This document shows positions 43,001-55,000 of a stretch of 64,000 nucleotides of DNA, in pieces. Origin of the DNA: Acanthaster planci (lineage: Eukaryota). Made by a program: the position numbers and the translations under genes. Each line of letters opens with the position of its first letter. The stretch's first letter is position 1. The notes beneath the pieces were generated by a model. The model was not told the origin of the DNA. It ran no database searches and was given only the letters and a program-made list of their open reading frames with translations. The stretch is taken from NCBI RefSeq assembly GCF_001949145.1, contig NW_019091355.1, forward strand, positions 5,853,068 through 5,917,067, written 5' to 3'.

Positions 43001-46000
43001 CTGCAGAAGTTCTCGCAGTATCTAATTAGCGAGTTGCCCCGGCAGGTAAAGATGGGGAACCTGCAGAAAGGTTTTTTTTGTAAAAGTGGTTAGTGAGTGT
43101 AATGGCCATTGATTAAAAAATTTCCCTTCATTTGGTATTCAGGTGTGTGAGTTGCAAAGGATTACCTGACTATTGTAACAATAACAGACGAAAATTGAGG
43201 AATATTGTTGCTTGCAAAAGACTGCTTATAGACTGCTTAAAAGACAGTTTAATTGTGCTGCTCTGAATGGCCTGATCAACCACAGATAAGTTTGTCATTG
43301 GTTAAAAATGAACTACATGTACATGTAATCAGACAAGAAATATGGACATTCATGCTCAATCAGAGATCAAGCTGAAGCCAGAGACATAGCTGAGATTTGG
43401 AATATGGCCATTAAAACTACATTTACTTTGTTCGCTACACTAAACCCAAGCTCCCAAGGTACAAATATTCCTGCAAAGAACATTTCTGCATCCTCCCCAA
43501 CCCTCTTCTTTACGGAAACCCAATGGCAAAAACATGTACTTCCTCTATCTTGCACAAATCTCTCAAAAACCTCCTGGTAGATTCTGAAGACTTTGTGAGG
43601 GTTCAGAGGTTTCATGAGTTTATGTGAGCTTCTTTGTTCCCGACTTTTTACCAGATCCTACCGACAGCGCAACGTCTATTGGATGAGCTGCTCTCCTCTC
43701 AGGCGAACACCATCAACATGGTCTGTGGGGCTCCGGACCCCACGGCAGGCCCCTCGGCCTCTGAGCAGACACGATGGTTCCTGGATGATGCTGTCATGCA
43801 CGAGAGCATCAAGAAGACATTGATACGATTCACAGGACCAACTCCTATTGTATTCAGGTAACCAACATTATGATTCTAGAGAATCCTCAGACTTACTGTT
43901 CGCACTTTCTGTAATTAATTGACACTTTATTATATGTGGTATTGAACAAACTGGTGATAAATATCCTTGCTGCTGCATCCAAATACTCACTCATCCCACT
44001 GTCCATACTGAGTGCTGATATTCTCATTTCTTTGGGTTCTACAACATAGTTCTTTGAATCCTCATTTGACATTTCTTTAAACAGTGGCTTAGTCAACTCT
44101 CCAACATGTTTTATGGCAAGTATGTAAACAGTGTTCATGCATTGATTATGGCAGTATAAAAAGCACACCCCACGAGGCTTTGCAGAGCCTGTACTTCCTT
44201 CACAAATTTTGGAAAGGGCACAAGGCCATCCCTGCACCCCGTTTACATTACAAAGGGGGCCCAGCTGCCTTCAGTCACAGTATTATGTCCTGACCATTTG
44301 ATTATGGCATGGATAACCCATTCCTTTGAAGTGATTTTTCTTTTATCTTTACCAGTAAATACAGTGTTTAAGTCAAACCCAGTGCACAGATTTGGTAACA
44401 AAAAGCATATTTGACCAAGATGCCGCAAATTGATAGCTTTCTTCTCGTGGTTCTCCTTTCTCTCAGTGATGTCACCTCCTTATACCTGTCCTCGAGTGCC
44501 CCGCAAGCAGCGGCTGAGTGGACCAACCTCCTGAGACCTCTGAGAGGTCGGGAGCCTGAAGGCATCTGGAATCTGCTGTCCATTGTCCAGGAGATGTGCC
44601 GGAGGAGGGACAACAATGCCATCACTCTCCTCAAGATACTGACTGAGGAGTGCATCATCTGTGATCAGGTATCATTCTGCTGGCATCTCTAATTTGGGCT
44701 TGTCCTTCGGGCCTTACAAAAGTCTTACATGCTGATCAGACAAGATCCTAGATTATAAACAAGTTTAATAATGAAGGTTGACCTCTACAAATGCATCATT
44801 GCTTCTGGGTCTTGAAATTATCAGTGTAAGTTCATTCCATCTGTAAGCTTGTGAAAGAAATATCCTTAACAGATGAGTGACGCAAAATTTCTTCGACAAT
44901 CGGCTGCTTCCTTACTTGTTGATCAGATTGGTGCTGCTCGTTTTTCAGGATTTGTTATACTTCAGTTAGATTTGAATTTTGTGCCAATTCTTGATTGCCA
45001 TTGATCCTTATCTTCTTGTGATTTAGATTGTAGTGTGGTGGTTCAGTACCAGGACATCTGCCCTCCACTCTCATCACGGAAATCATGGTCATCGTGCCAA
45101 CAGTAACAGCACCACCGCCATTGCACAGCATGCCTGTGCCAGCATGTGTGATGAGATCGTGTCACTGTGGCGTTTGGTGGCTCTCAATCCAGCCATCACA
45201 CCCACAGACAGAGGGGAACTTGAGAGGGAATTGCGCAATTGGCACCTTCAAGTCATTGAGAAAGTACGCAAGGGCCGCGGGCCCAACTTTGCCAACACGG
45301 TGGGCAACGTAACAAATGTACGACGGGTGGACATTGAGAGTTTCTTGGGATTCAAGCCGGCCATCGAGGCCTGCCTCATGGACTGGCAGGATTACTTCAT
45401 TGAAGGGGTGACTTACAGTGAGCCACGGAAAGACAGGGTTGAAGCCATGAAATCACCCTCTTGTAAAAGGACTACTCATTCCACCCAACAGATTAAACCA
45501 CCCCAGCTCAATCCTCCAATAAGGACGGAGGAACCAGACTCTACCACTGTGACCGAGGGAGATCCTAAACTGAGGGACATTCCAAAGGGCTGTAGCAATG
45601 AGCTCCACCGTTTGAGCTCCTCTGAATCCAGCTCAAGTAGTAGTAGCTCTGGTGTGGACGACCAACGTGTGCTAAGCTCCAGTCGATCAGAGGACACAGA
45701 CTCTGACTTTCAGGGTAATGAATGCACCTGCCCCACCGAAGAAGGTGCTGAGGATGGGACTACCCCATTAAGAACCAGCCAATCAGGCACAGGGCGAACA
45801 CCTGCTGCCGGTGTTGATGGGAATAACACCAAAGCTGGGGGGAAACGCAAGGCAAAATTAAAACACTTACAGCGCAGCGAGTCATTGGACTCGGCTGACG
45901 TGTGTCTGGATGCTCCGCCTAAAAGCCTGCAGCCAGATTCAGACTCCTCATTGGATGTTGGGAATCAGAGCAACCAGGGGGTCAAAGGTGAAGAGAATGA

Positions 46001-49000
46001 ACGTCCTCATTCAGGAGATGAGTACCAGGTGTACTTCTATGACACCAAGGCCAAAGTGACGGAGCAAGCACCAAAGAAAAAGAGTGACACGCCCAATCCT
46101 TTTGCTGGAATCAAGAAGACAGAGGACAAAATTGAGGTAAGGAGAAATGCCACATGACACAAACCAGCATTGTAAAATGAATCATTACTACCACTTACTT
46201 AGACTTAAAACCAAGTTGTCGTGTGGGCCACGATAGTCGTAGTTTTCTTCCCTTGGCTGATCTACCCACTGCACTCCAGCATTCACAGCTAGTCAACTGA
46301 CTGGTCTCCACACAACAACTTGAGAAACCCGTATGGAGTGTGTATTCATTTGTTAACATAAAAATACCAGCCTGCGTTCCATTTTCTCTAGAGATAACAA
46401 GTGAAACAGTAGTTTTTATGGCTGTGTGTTGATTCTTATTACACAGACATTTATAAGCAGTGTGAGGGTGTAAATATTTCAAGATCAGATTAAGGCAATA
46501 TTACATGTACAGTGTGCATGTATGTTTTAGTCAACAGAATTATTGTGTTTTGAATAAATAAAGTTTTAATGTTGCTAAAAATAATAGATTGAATAATTTA
46601 ATCCTGAAGTACATGTAATTAAGGATACCTACTACAGAATGCCAGTGTCTGTTGGCTACTTCCGATGTATGCATTCCATATCAGGATAGGAATATTTACT
46701 GGTACACTGTAAATTGACCTGTGTTGTTCATTTAAGTCAGTGACTCATACTCAAGTCAGACTCGGAGTCAGACTTGGAGTCAGACAATGTTTTTGACTTG
46801 AGACTTGACTTGGAAAAAATATGAAAAAATTTGAATTCAAAGTACAAGAAAAACACAAGCTTCTTGGGGCACCCATTACAACTGGCGTAATCTGTTAAAT
46901 GGAATGCGGACACTGCTGGGAAAGAGATCCTGCTGAGTAACTGGCACGATCTTCGCATTGTACATACATTGTATGTTATTAAATGCAAGACTGAGAATTG
47001 AGGGTGCAAGGTGGATTTAGTGCTGTGCCTATTCTGAGTACTGTCCACCGTTCAGCGCACTGTGCACATCGTGGAATAGTTCTGAGAGTAAGCGTGAAAA
47101 ATTTGTTAAGTTTAAATGGCTGGAAAATGACAGCTGCCGCCAATATGTGGTACGGTGTTTAAAGGAAGCAATAATTCACATCATTCAACAAAAACGCTCG
47201 TGGAAGATATTTGTTGTGGTGTCCGTTAAACGTTCATTGTGATGGAAATATTATGTAAAGGGACAGGTCAGTAAGCCATATGTGAACACTAGAGGGCGTG
47301 GTAGGCTTGGCGATTAATTACAGCACTAATGTGGCAAGTAATTGCAGTGACAGGTAGTGACAGCCATCACAGCCCATACAGCAACTTGATTTCAAGTCTA
47401 CCACATACATGTGTACATGTACATGTACTTCCCAAACTGAAACACTGTGATACCTTAATAACACTTTTTACTAGAAGCTGGTCTGTAACTCTTATCCAAC
47501 CAAATTTGGACAGGTTTTCCCAAACTATGTACCTGTACATGTACCGTACATGTACCTGTGCATGTACCGTACATGTACCTGTGCATGTACCGTACATGTA
47601 CCTGTGCATGTACCGTACATGTACCTGTGCATGTACCGTACATGTACCTGTGCATGTACCGTACATGTACCTGTACATGTACCGTACATGTACCTGTGCA
47701 TGTACCGTACATGTACCTGTGCATGTACCGTACATGTACCTGTGCATGTACCGTACATGTACCTGTGCATGTACCGTACATGTACCTGTGCATGTACCGT
47801 ACATGTACATGTACCTCTAATTGCATGTCAAAAGGCACAAACCTACATGTAAAATGAACATGTACAGTATCATGACAAAACCTGAAATTTTAAATATCAT
47901 TAATTAAACAAACCTTGTGTACTAGAGTGCACAAGGCGGCCATGTTTTAGGTTAACTGTTTTATTTTGTGAACCTAAAAATAGAAATGAATGCAGTGAAA
48001 TAAAGTTCATTAAATCAATTTCATTTATGATGATGCATAGTTTCAAGTTTGTGATTTAATATCTCATTTTTTAAATCAACATTTGGAAAATCTATTAAAA
48101 GTGAGGCATGAACCCAAAATAGTCTGGCACCAAACCATTTGATAGATTACATTGAATAAGAAAGGTTGAGTGAACGTGAAAAAGTGGCTTCCCTGTGAAT
48201 AAGGCCTATTTTGGACCTGCCAACCTGTCGTACTCCTTCCTGAGGTCAGGCATTACCACACAATAGATTAAAAGGTATTTAAATGACCCCTCAGTTCGTT
48301 TAAAATTCTAATGTATTATGTGGTGATGCCTGACCTCAGGAAGGAATACGACAGGTTGGCAGGTATGCTATTTGATAAAGTGAACCAAGCTTGATTCATG
48401 TTGTCATCTAACCCTTGTCCTTTGACCCTTGACAGATCATGTTTTCTAGGGCGGAGGCTCTCCATGCTCATGGCTACACCAGACACGCCTGCAAGCTGGC
48501 TATTGAGCTGGCAGAGGAGATGCTAGCTAACCCACCAGAGCTCAATAACCCTCCACCCAGTAACCTGTCCAACCGGGTATGCTGAGGTTGTTGCAGGCAT
48601 AAAATATAATAATGTTGGACAATGTAGGGCTAACAAGAAATGCCTTTTGTAATCAAAACATGTCTCTCGTATTTGAAGCGGATCCTGCAATCAGAGATTT
48701 ACAGAGTTATTAAAAAGTACATGTACGAAAACCCCCAAATCTAATTTGCTGTTTTACACAAAATTGGTTTTCATGGCAACAGTTACAAAATGTGGACAGG
48801 GGAGTTGGACAAGATGTTGTGTTACATGTAGGTGTAAGCATTTATCTCTAACCTATCTTTATTGTGACTTTTTCAGGCACGTAAGAAGCACATCCACCAA
48901 CAGAGCACACTGTCCACCATGACACTTGGCAAGTCGGCATTTCTCTGCAGTGTGCTATCAGAGCAACCAGACTGCCACCATCTGGCATTCAAGATTGGCA

Positions 49001-52000
49001 TGTTTGGATTGGAGTTACCTCGACAACCAGCATCTACAAAGGCCTTGGAGGTACTTACTTTGTGCTGGGTTATTTTTCAGCTTGCCTGATTGGCCGTATC
49101 TTTTGGAGTTTTTGCACAAGGCAAAATTGGTTCATAACAGAGCATTGTCCTCGGTCCTGGAACCACCTGCCTTTTGACAAGCCCAGTACACCTGCAGTAA
49201 TTGTATACGTCTGTTCCAATTATCATTTGTTCGTCCAGTAGTTTGTTTACTTACGTTACTTCTTTCCTATCCTCTTTTTCAAAGGTCAAACTGGCTAATC
49301 AGGAATCAGATTTGGTGGGTCTCCTGAAGCGCTTGCCCCTCACACAGAGAGAGTTGACCACCATTCGCCAGTTAGCCAAGGATCTGCATGAGGGCTCCCT
49401 TGTGCTGAGAAGTGCGGCACTGCTGGCCCTCTTCATAATTGATGCACTTTGCCTTCCTGGTATGGTCTTTAAAACACCAGCAATTTTTCCTGATATTGAT
49501 GGGCCATTTCACAGAGTGTTCTCTGAGTAGACTCTATGACATTGCCATACAGAATAGAATATGAATCAAGAATTTCAGTGAGTAGAGCACTGCTATATGT
49601 AGTTCACTGGTCTTGGGTTCAGCTCGGTCGGTCACAGTTCCTTCTTTTTTTCAAACCTTGTTCAGGCCAGTCCTCCTCCCTTGGTCGTTCCCACATGCGT
49701 TCCGTCTCGGCCCGGGACCGTCTGGCCACAGACGAGAAGGTGGGCTTTGATGCTGCCGTGGCTGCCTTGGCCATCAAGAGTAATGTGTCTGAGTCAGAGC
49801 ACCCACTGCTGTGTGAAGGTATCAGGCGGCAAAAAGGCGAGCTGACCACTACGCTGCTAGTTCATTACAAGGATGACCAGAGTAAACTCCGAAAGGTAAA
49901 GTAAAAAAAGCAAGCCAAACTAGAAGTTCTTTATTTAGGATTATTTAGGATTATTGTAAACTTCATAGCACACAGTGTTCTATTCTGATCTTCTTAGCAG
50001 CATCATGTACTTATTGAGTTGTGTCAGGCTAACTGTTTGCTTTCAACTTCATTATGAGGTCAACAAATTTTACATTCATCTTGAACACTAACTGCCTCCT
50101 GCATTTCGCTTGAAAACTTCCTGAATCTTCAAAAATCCTGCTCTTTGCAAGAGACCTGTGGCACATTCTAGGTGCTCTTTATACTGTACGTTGCTTTCAA
50201 GGAGCGTCAAACACCATGTTAAAAGATATGTACGTGTAAAGTAATGGTGACCAAAGCTTGACCTTCCTCAACTGTGCAAAATCTTTGTCAACCTGTCAGT
50301 GGATTTTAAGGGCTAGTGAGGAGTATGGTTCACACAGACCATTTAGTGAGGAATTTATTGCTCTTTTTCTGTTACTGAGCATTGTTTCTGCTTTCTGGGG
50401 TCTTATGTATGGGCTTACTTTGTCAGGCTCAAATCCGGTGAGCAAATATCTGCACTCAAGTGAAAAAAGGGATAAGTTTTGTTTGCGCATTATGGATCAC
50501 TCAGACCAAAGGTTCAAATTGCATTTGACAGCACATTCTCATAAAGAGCAATTTTTGCTTAAAGTTCAATACCTTTTCAGTTTCGTTCAGTTTAAAAAAG
50601 CCTTTTCTGGAAAAAGATTATAAACTGGTATAATTTTACTCTTTGGATTTTAGATTCTTGATGCTTTGCTGGACAAGCAAGGACCAAAGACTCAACGATC
50701 CTCCCAGCCTTTCCCACAATCCTCTGCTTGTTCCTCTCAAGATGGTTACCGTAGCAACACATCCTCCATGATGGGTGAGGGGCAGCAGGATGCCTCTGAT
50801 CAGCGGCCCTCTGAAAATCACAGTCCACAGGATGAAACCAGAGAGGGAGCGTCATCCAGTGATCCAGCCGTGTCCCACATCACCCAGGCTGTGGCATCCT
50901 GTGGCCTTCGGCCCGATGATGCCAGTACCTCCCGGCCTCAGAACACCAGCCCAGAGACCCCCAGCATTGCGAGTTGTATCCAGCACCTGAGTGCGCCCAA
51001 GTCCACATCACCAGAGTGTTCTTTTCCATCAGCTACGTCACCTCAGCAGCAACGAGGTCACATGGTGCCAACAACTTCATCTCTATCTCAGCCCCACAGG
51101 GCACCCTCGGATGTTGTGGCAACAGGTTGGAATGAGGACCCAGGATCCTGTTCAGGCATGATCTCAGTGGGTCCAGACATTGACCAGTGGAGGCAGGCCC
51201 AGGCTAGGGCTAGTGGAGGGCGGAGCAGCAGCTACTTGTACTGGGGGAGGATCTTTGGCAAAAATCAGAAGAGAAGTAAAGGTAAGCAGTGGACCGTGCC
51301 GGATCATAAGTGGATGGAGTTGGTTACCACTGAGTGCTCTACACTTGATAGGCAGTTCAGCAGTAACTGGTCAAGGCCATCTTAGGATATTCAATACAAA
51401 GGCCTCCAACTTCAGTCCATTCACTAAAGTGCATTCATGCACCTCGCTGAAGCTGGTCACTTGGGAAAATGCCATTGTATTGAATAGCTTAAGATGGCTG
51501 TGCAGTTTCTTCATTTTGCAGAGCAGAGCTGCCTATCCAGTGTATAGAGATCAGTGGTGGTTACCAGTGGAAGAGATAGTTTTGTCAAATTGATTGGATT
51601 TCCCTTTCACGTACTTTCCTTCTGTATGTTCTGTACATAATTTAGATCCTGCATAGATAATTTTCCCTTGTCTCTGTGCATCTGTAGTACAGTCTTACAT
51701 GCATGACATGGGTTGAACCACTTTCGTTGAAATTGCCTCATACTTTATTTCCATGAATTTTATCTTTTGCAGTTGCTAAATTACCGGGAGAACCCTATGA
51801 ATAATTCCTCCTTTCGGGCCACTGCTTGACCCTGAGGGCACTTGTCGGGGAATTTGAGCTTTAATGTTTTACCTTTTTGGGGGGCAAATTTGAGTCACCT
51901 CAAGTGGGAAGTTCTCTGATTTTATCTGATTTGGTACGCAATGGCATGGTAGTCATACTTCAAACTATGGTTAAGCTTACCGGTAGTTCCCACTGGAACA

Positions 52001-55000
52001 TGCTCGTTATCACTGGCTCATATTTTTTAAGAAACTTAGGCAAATTGAGTATTGCTATCTGTATTATATTGCAAAGATGTTACTCACTCTTCAGGAATGG
52101 CAGCCATTGACAGCAGTGCTCCCGAGACCACATCTAGTGATAACTCCCCCACCATGGGGCGCCGTGTCCCCCCTGGGGGCTGGGGACGATACCATGGGCC
52201 AGGCAGTGACAGTGGCAGTAGTGGTAACTCCAGCGATTCCATCAGCTCCAGTAGCTCGGCTGAGAGGGGGACATCGGGTGCCAGACCAAAGATCCGAGAT
52301 GTGGAGGGGTGAGTACTGTTGATGAATGTAGTTATTTTGTTGTCTCCTGTTGGATCACCAGTTATTCTCCCTGTTGGCGGGACAGACGTATCCCCATACT
52401 GTGGTGTGGGTATTAGCGCAGTGACATTCATTTATCCTGATTCATTTATCCTTATCCTTTCATTTCTTAAATCAATTATTTTTTTATGTCAACTTGTACT
52501 ACGCCGTTGATAATCTTTTTGTAAACGGTGCATTATAAATTTTCAATTATTATTATTATAGTGTAAACCAAGTGGGCAACCAAGTGAGTAGTGTGCTGTA
52601 TAGAGTAGTGACCGCTTTAGATTAGAGACATTTGTGATCTGTCATGAAAAATTGATAGTAAAGTCACATCTCGCTCTTTCCCATTTTGAGGTTTCAAAGT
52701 CATATTGAATTAGAGGTCAATTTTGGGGTTTTGTAATATTTGGAAAGAGTGACCCATCTCCTATTTAATTCCAAATATTTCGCAGAATCACATTTTTTAA
52801 AATGTCATTTTCATAGCAGTTTTGACAATCGCATTATTTGTGCCTGGCCTGAAATGTTGGAACAATGTCGGGAACAAAGACGCAGAGCTGCCAGAATAAT
52901 GCCACATTGTCACCTTATACTTCTACCCTAAGTGTTCCATGTAAATTCCATTGGAAAGCTCTCTTTCTGCTGAATTCAAAAATACCAATATCTCAGTTTT
53001 TGAAAATTCTGACTTTCAGCTCATTTTGTGGTGACAGGTCACATTTTAGTTCCCAAAGTCTGCATGCCTGTTTTTTTCCAGAAACAAAGCATTCAGATTG
53101 TACTGTTGTTGGTACACTAGTTAGGAGGAAGATGCTAAATTATCCAGTTGATGGACAGCCACAAATGTCACTGCATTTTCAATTTTTGTTGTGCATGGAA
53201 TGCTCTGGTGAGGTAAATGGAATCCAGAGTAGCCTTGAGAAATATATGCTTGGCATTACTACAAGAGTGACATGCATTGACACTGATTTGTCATACATTG
53301 ATGAAAAAGCTTGATGCCTTCCTCACCATGGATACGGCCCAGTCCCTCATCATTATCTGATACTCAAGGAGCAGATTCCAGAAGCTCAACACCAAATTCC
53401 AAAGCAGTCAGGTCAGTAACTCTTACAAAGAAAAACATCAAAACCAAGTAACACATCCAGTAATTTTATCTTTGGTCCTCTGTGATTTCCCAAATCCATC
53501 AAGAAGTATTTGGGGATTAAAGAAGGTAGAGCCTAGCCAATTGATTCTTATATTTTGAGTAGTTTGCCTTTTCATTGACATATTATAAACACTGCATATA
53601 TTGCCTGAAGGCTTGTGAAACTTTTGTGGGATTCAAACCCAGGACCTCTTGCTTTCTTGTGCAGACGTCTTACCAGTCAACTACCGAGCTTGCCAGGCCT
53701 GGCTGGCTGGTTCAGGTTAGATGAGCAGCAGGCACAGTACCAAACATTACAGGATGTAATCTTTTCTTACGCAGCAGTTGATGCCCCAGGAGTGCCATGA
53801 TTATGGCATTGGTTTCCTTAGTGATTTGGAGGAGTCTGGAAGATTTGAAGTAGTTCAGGAAACTATGAAAACCAAACGTTCACTTTTCCATTTGGTGCAG
53901 TTGAATAAAAATTTATTACTATCTGGAACAATTCAAATTTTGGTTCTAAACCAAATGGTGGCTGGATTCCATCCGAATTCCTCAACCCCATCCAGTAAGT
54001 GGAAGCCATATTCACCACTGGGGCTTTCAATTACTAATGTTGTTGTCTCTGACGTCTCACATTATCATTCTAGTATAGTCCATGTTTCAAATGCCAGCAT
54101 CATTGTCAATTGCCACCCACAGGAAGGGAGGCAAGAAAGGTGGCCGCAGCGACGTGTCGCCGTCTGTCCCCAATCAGCCAAGTGAAGCCTCGGCTCATTT
54201 CTTCTTTGAACTGGCTCGGACAGTCCTGACCAAGGCTGGTGGATCCAGCAGTACCTCTCTCTTCACCCAGCCAGCAGCCAATGCCAACCACTCTGGCCCC
54301 CACCGAGGGTTACACCTGTGTGCATTTGAGATTGGCCTGTATGCGTTGTGGTTGCATAATGCTGTTACCCCTAACTGGCTATCCAGGACCTACTCCTCAC
54401 ATGTATCCTGGATAACAGGTATGTAGGATTGTTAGTGAAGATTGAACTACCAGTAGTTGGAGGCATTCTAGCTGAATGAAGTTCCATCCCTATTACAGAG
54501 ACATCAAGTATGAGGCCAGTGTTGAGAAGACTCATTGTTCACTCAGTTCTAACAACAAATGTTTGGAATTGAATCTGGGGTTTGATTTTTGGATTTCAGG
54601 TTGAAAATCTATATTCTGGACCTTACTGCACTTCCCCATTTGTAGTTCAAATTGAATGTAGATGGCGTAAATTTTAGAGAGTCCAATCTTACAACATATA
54701 ATACTCGTAAAAGTTCAACAAAAACCATTCCCTGTGCATTGGCACAGTAGCAGGATGGCATAGTAAGTTGGTTACAAGATGGTGTTTTCTCAGAAATTTT
54801 ATATCTCTGTAAATCTGAGTCTTCATGTTTTAACTACCAGATATACCAAACACTGACTTGTGCTTCGTGTTTTCAGTGCTGTGTAAAGCCATATTTTTTA
54901 TATATAATTCTGCTCCAGGTCAAGCTATGGAGATCGGCAGTGCAGCCATCAGTATGCTGGTGGACACCTGGGAAGGTCACCTGACCCCCACCGAGGCTGC

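Noticed and set aside
47329..47857. Cys/His-rich ORFs (CTCACTVHVP...) resembling metal-binding proteins
   Set aside because: These are translations of a stop-free 23-bp minisatellite, open in all frames.
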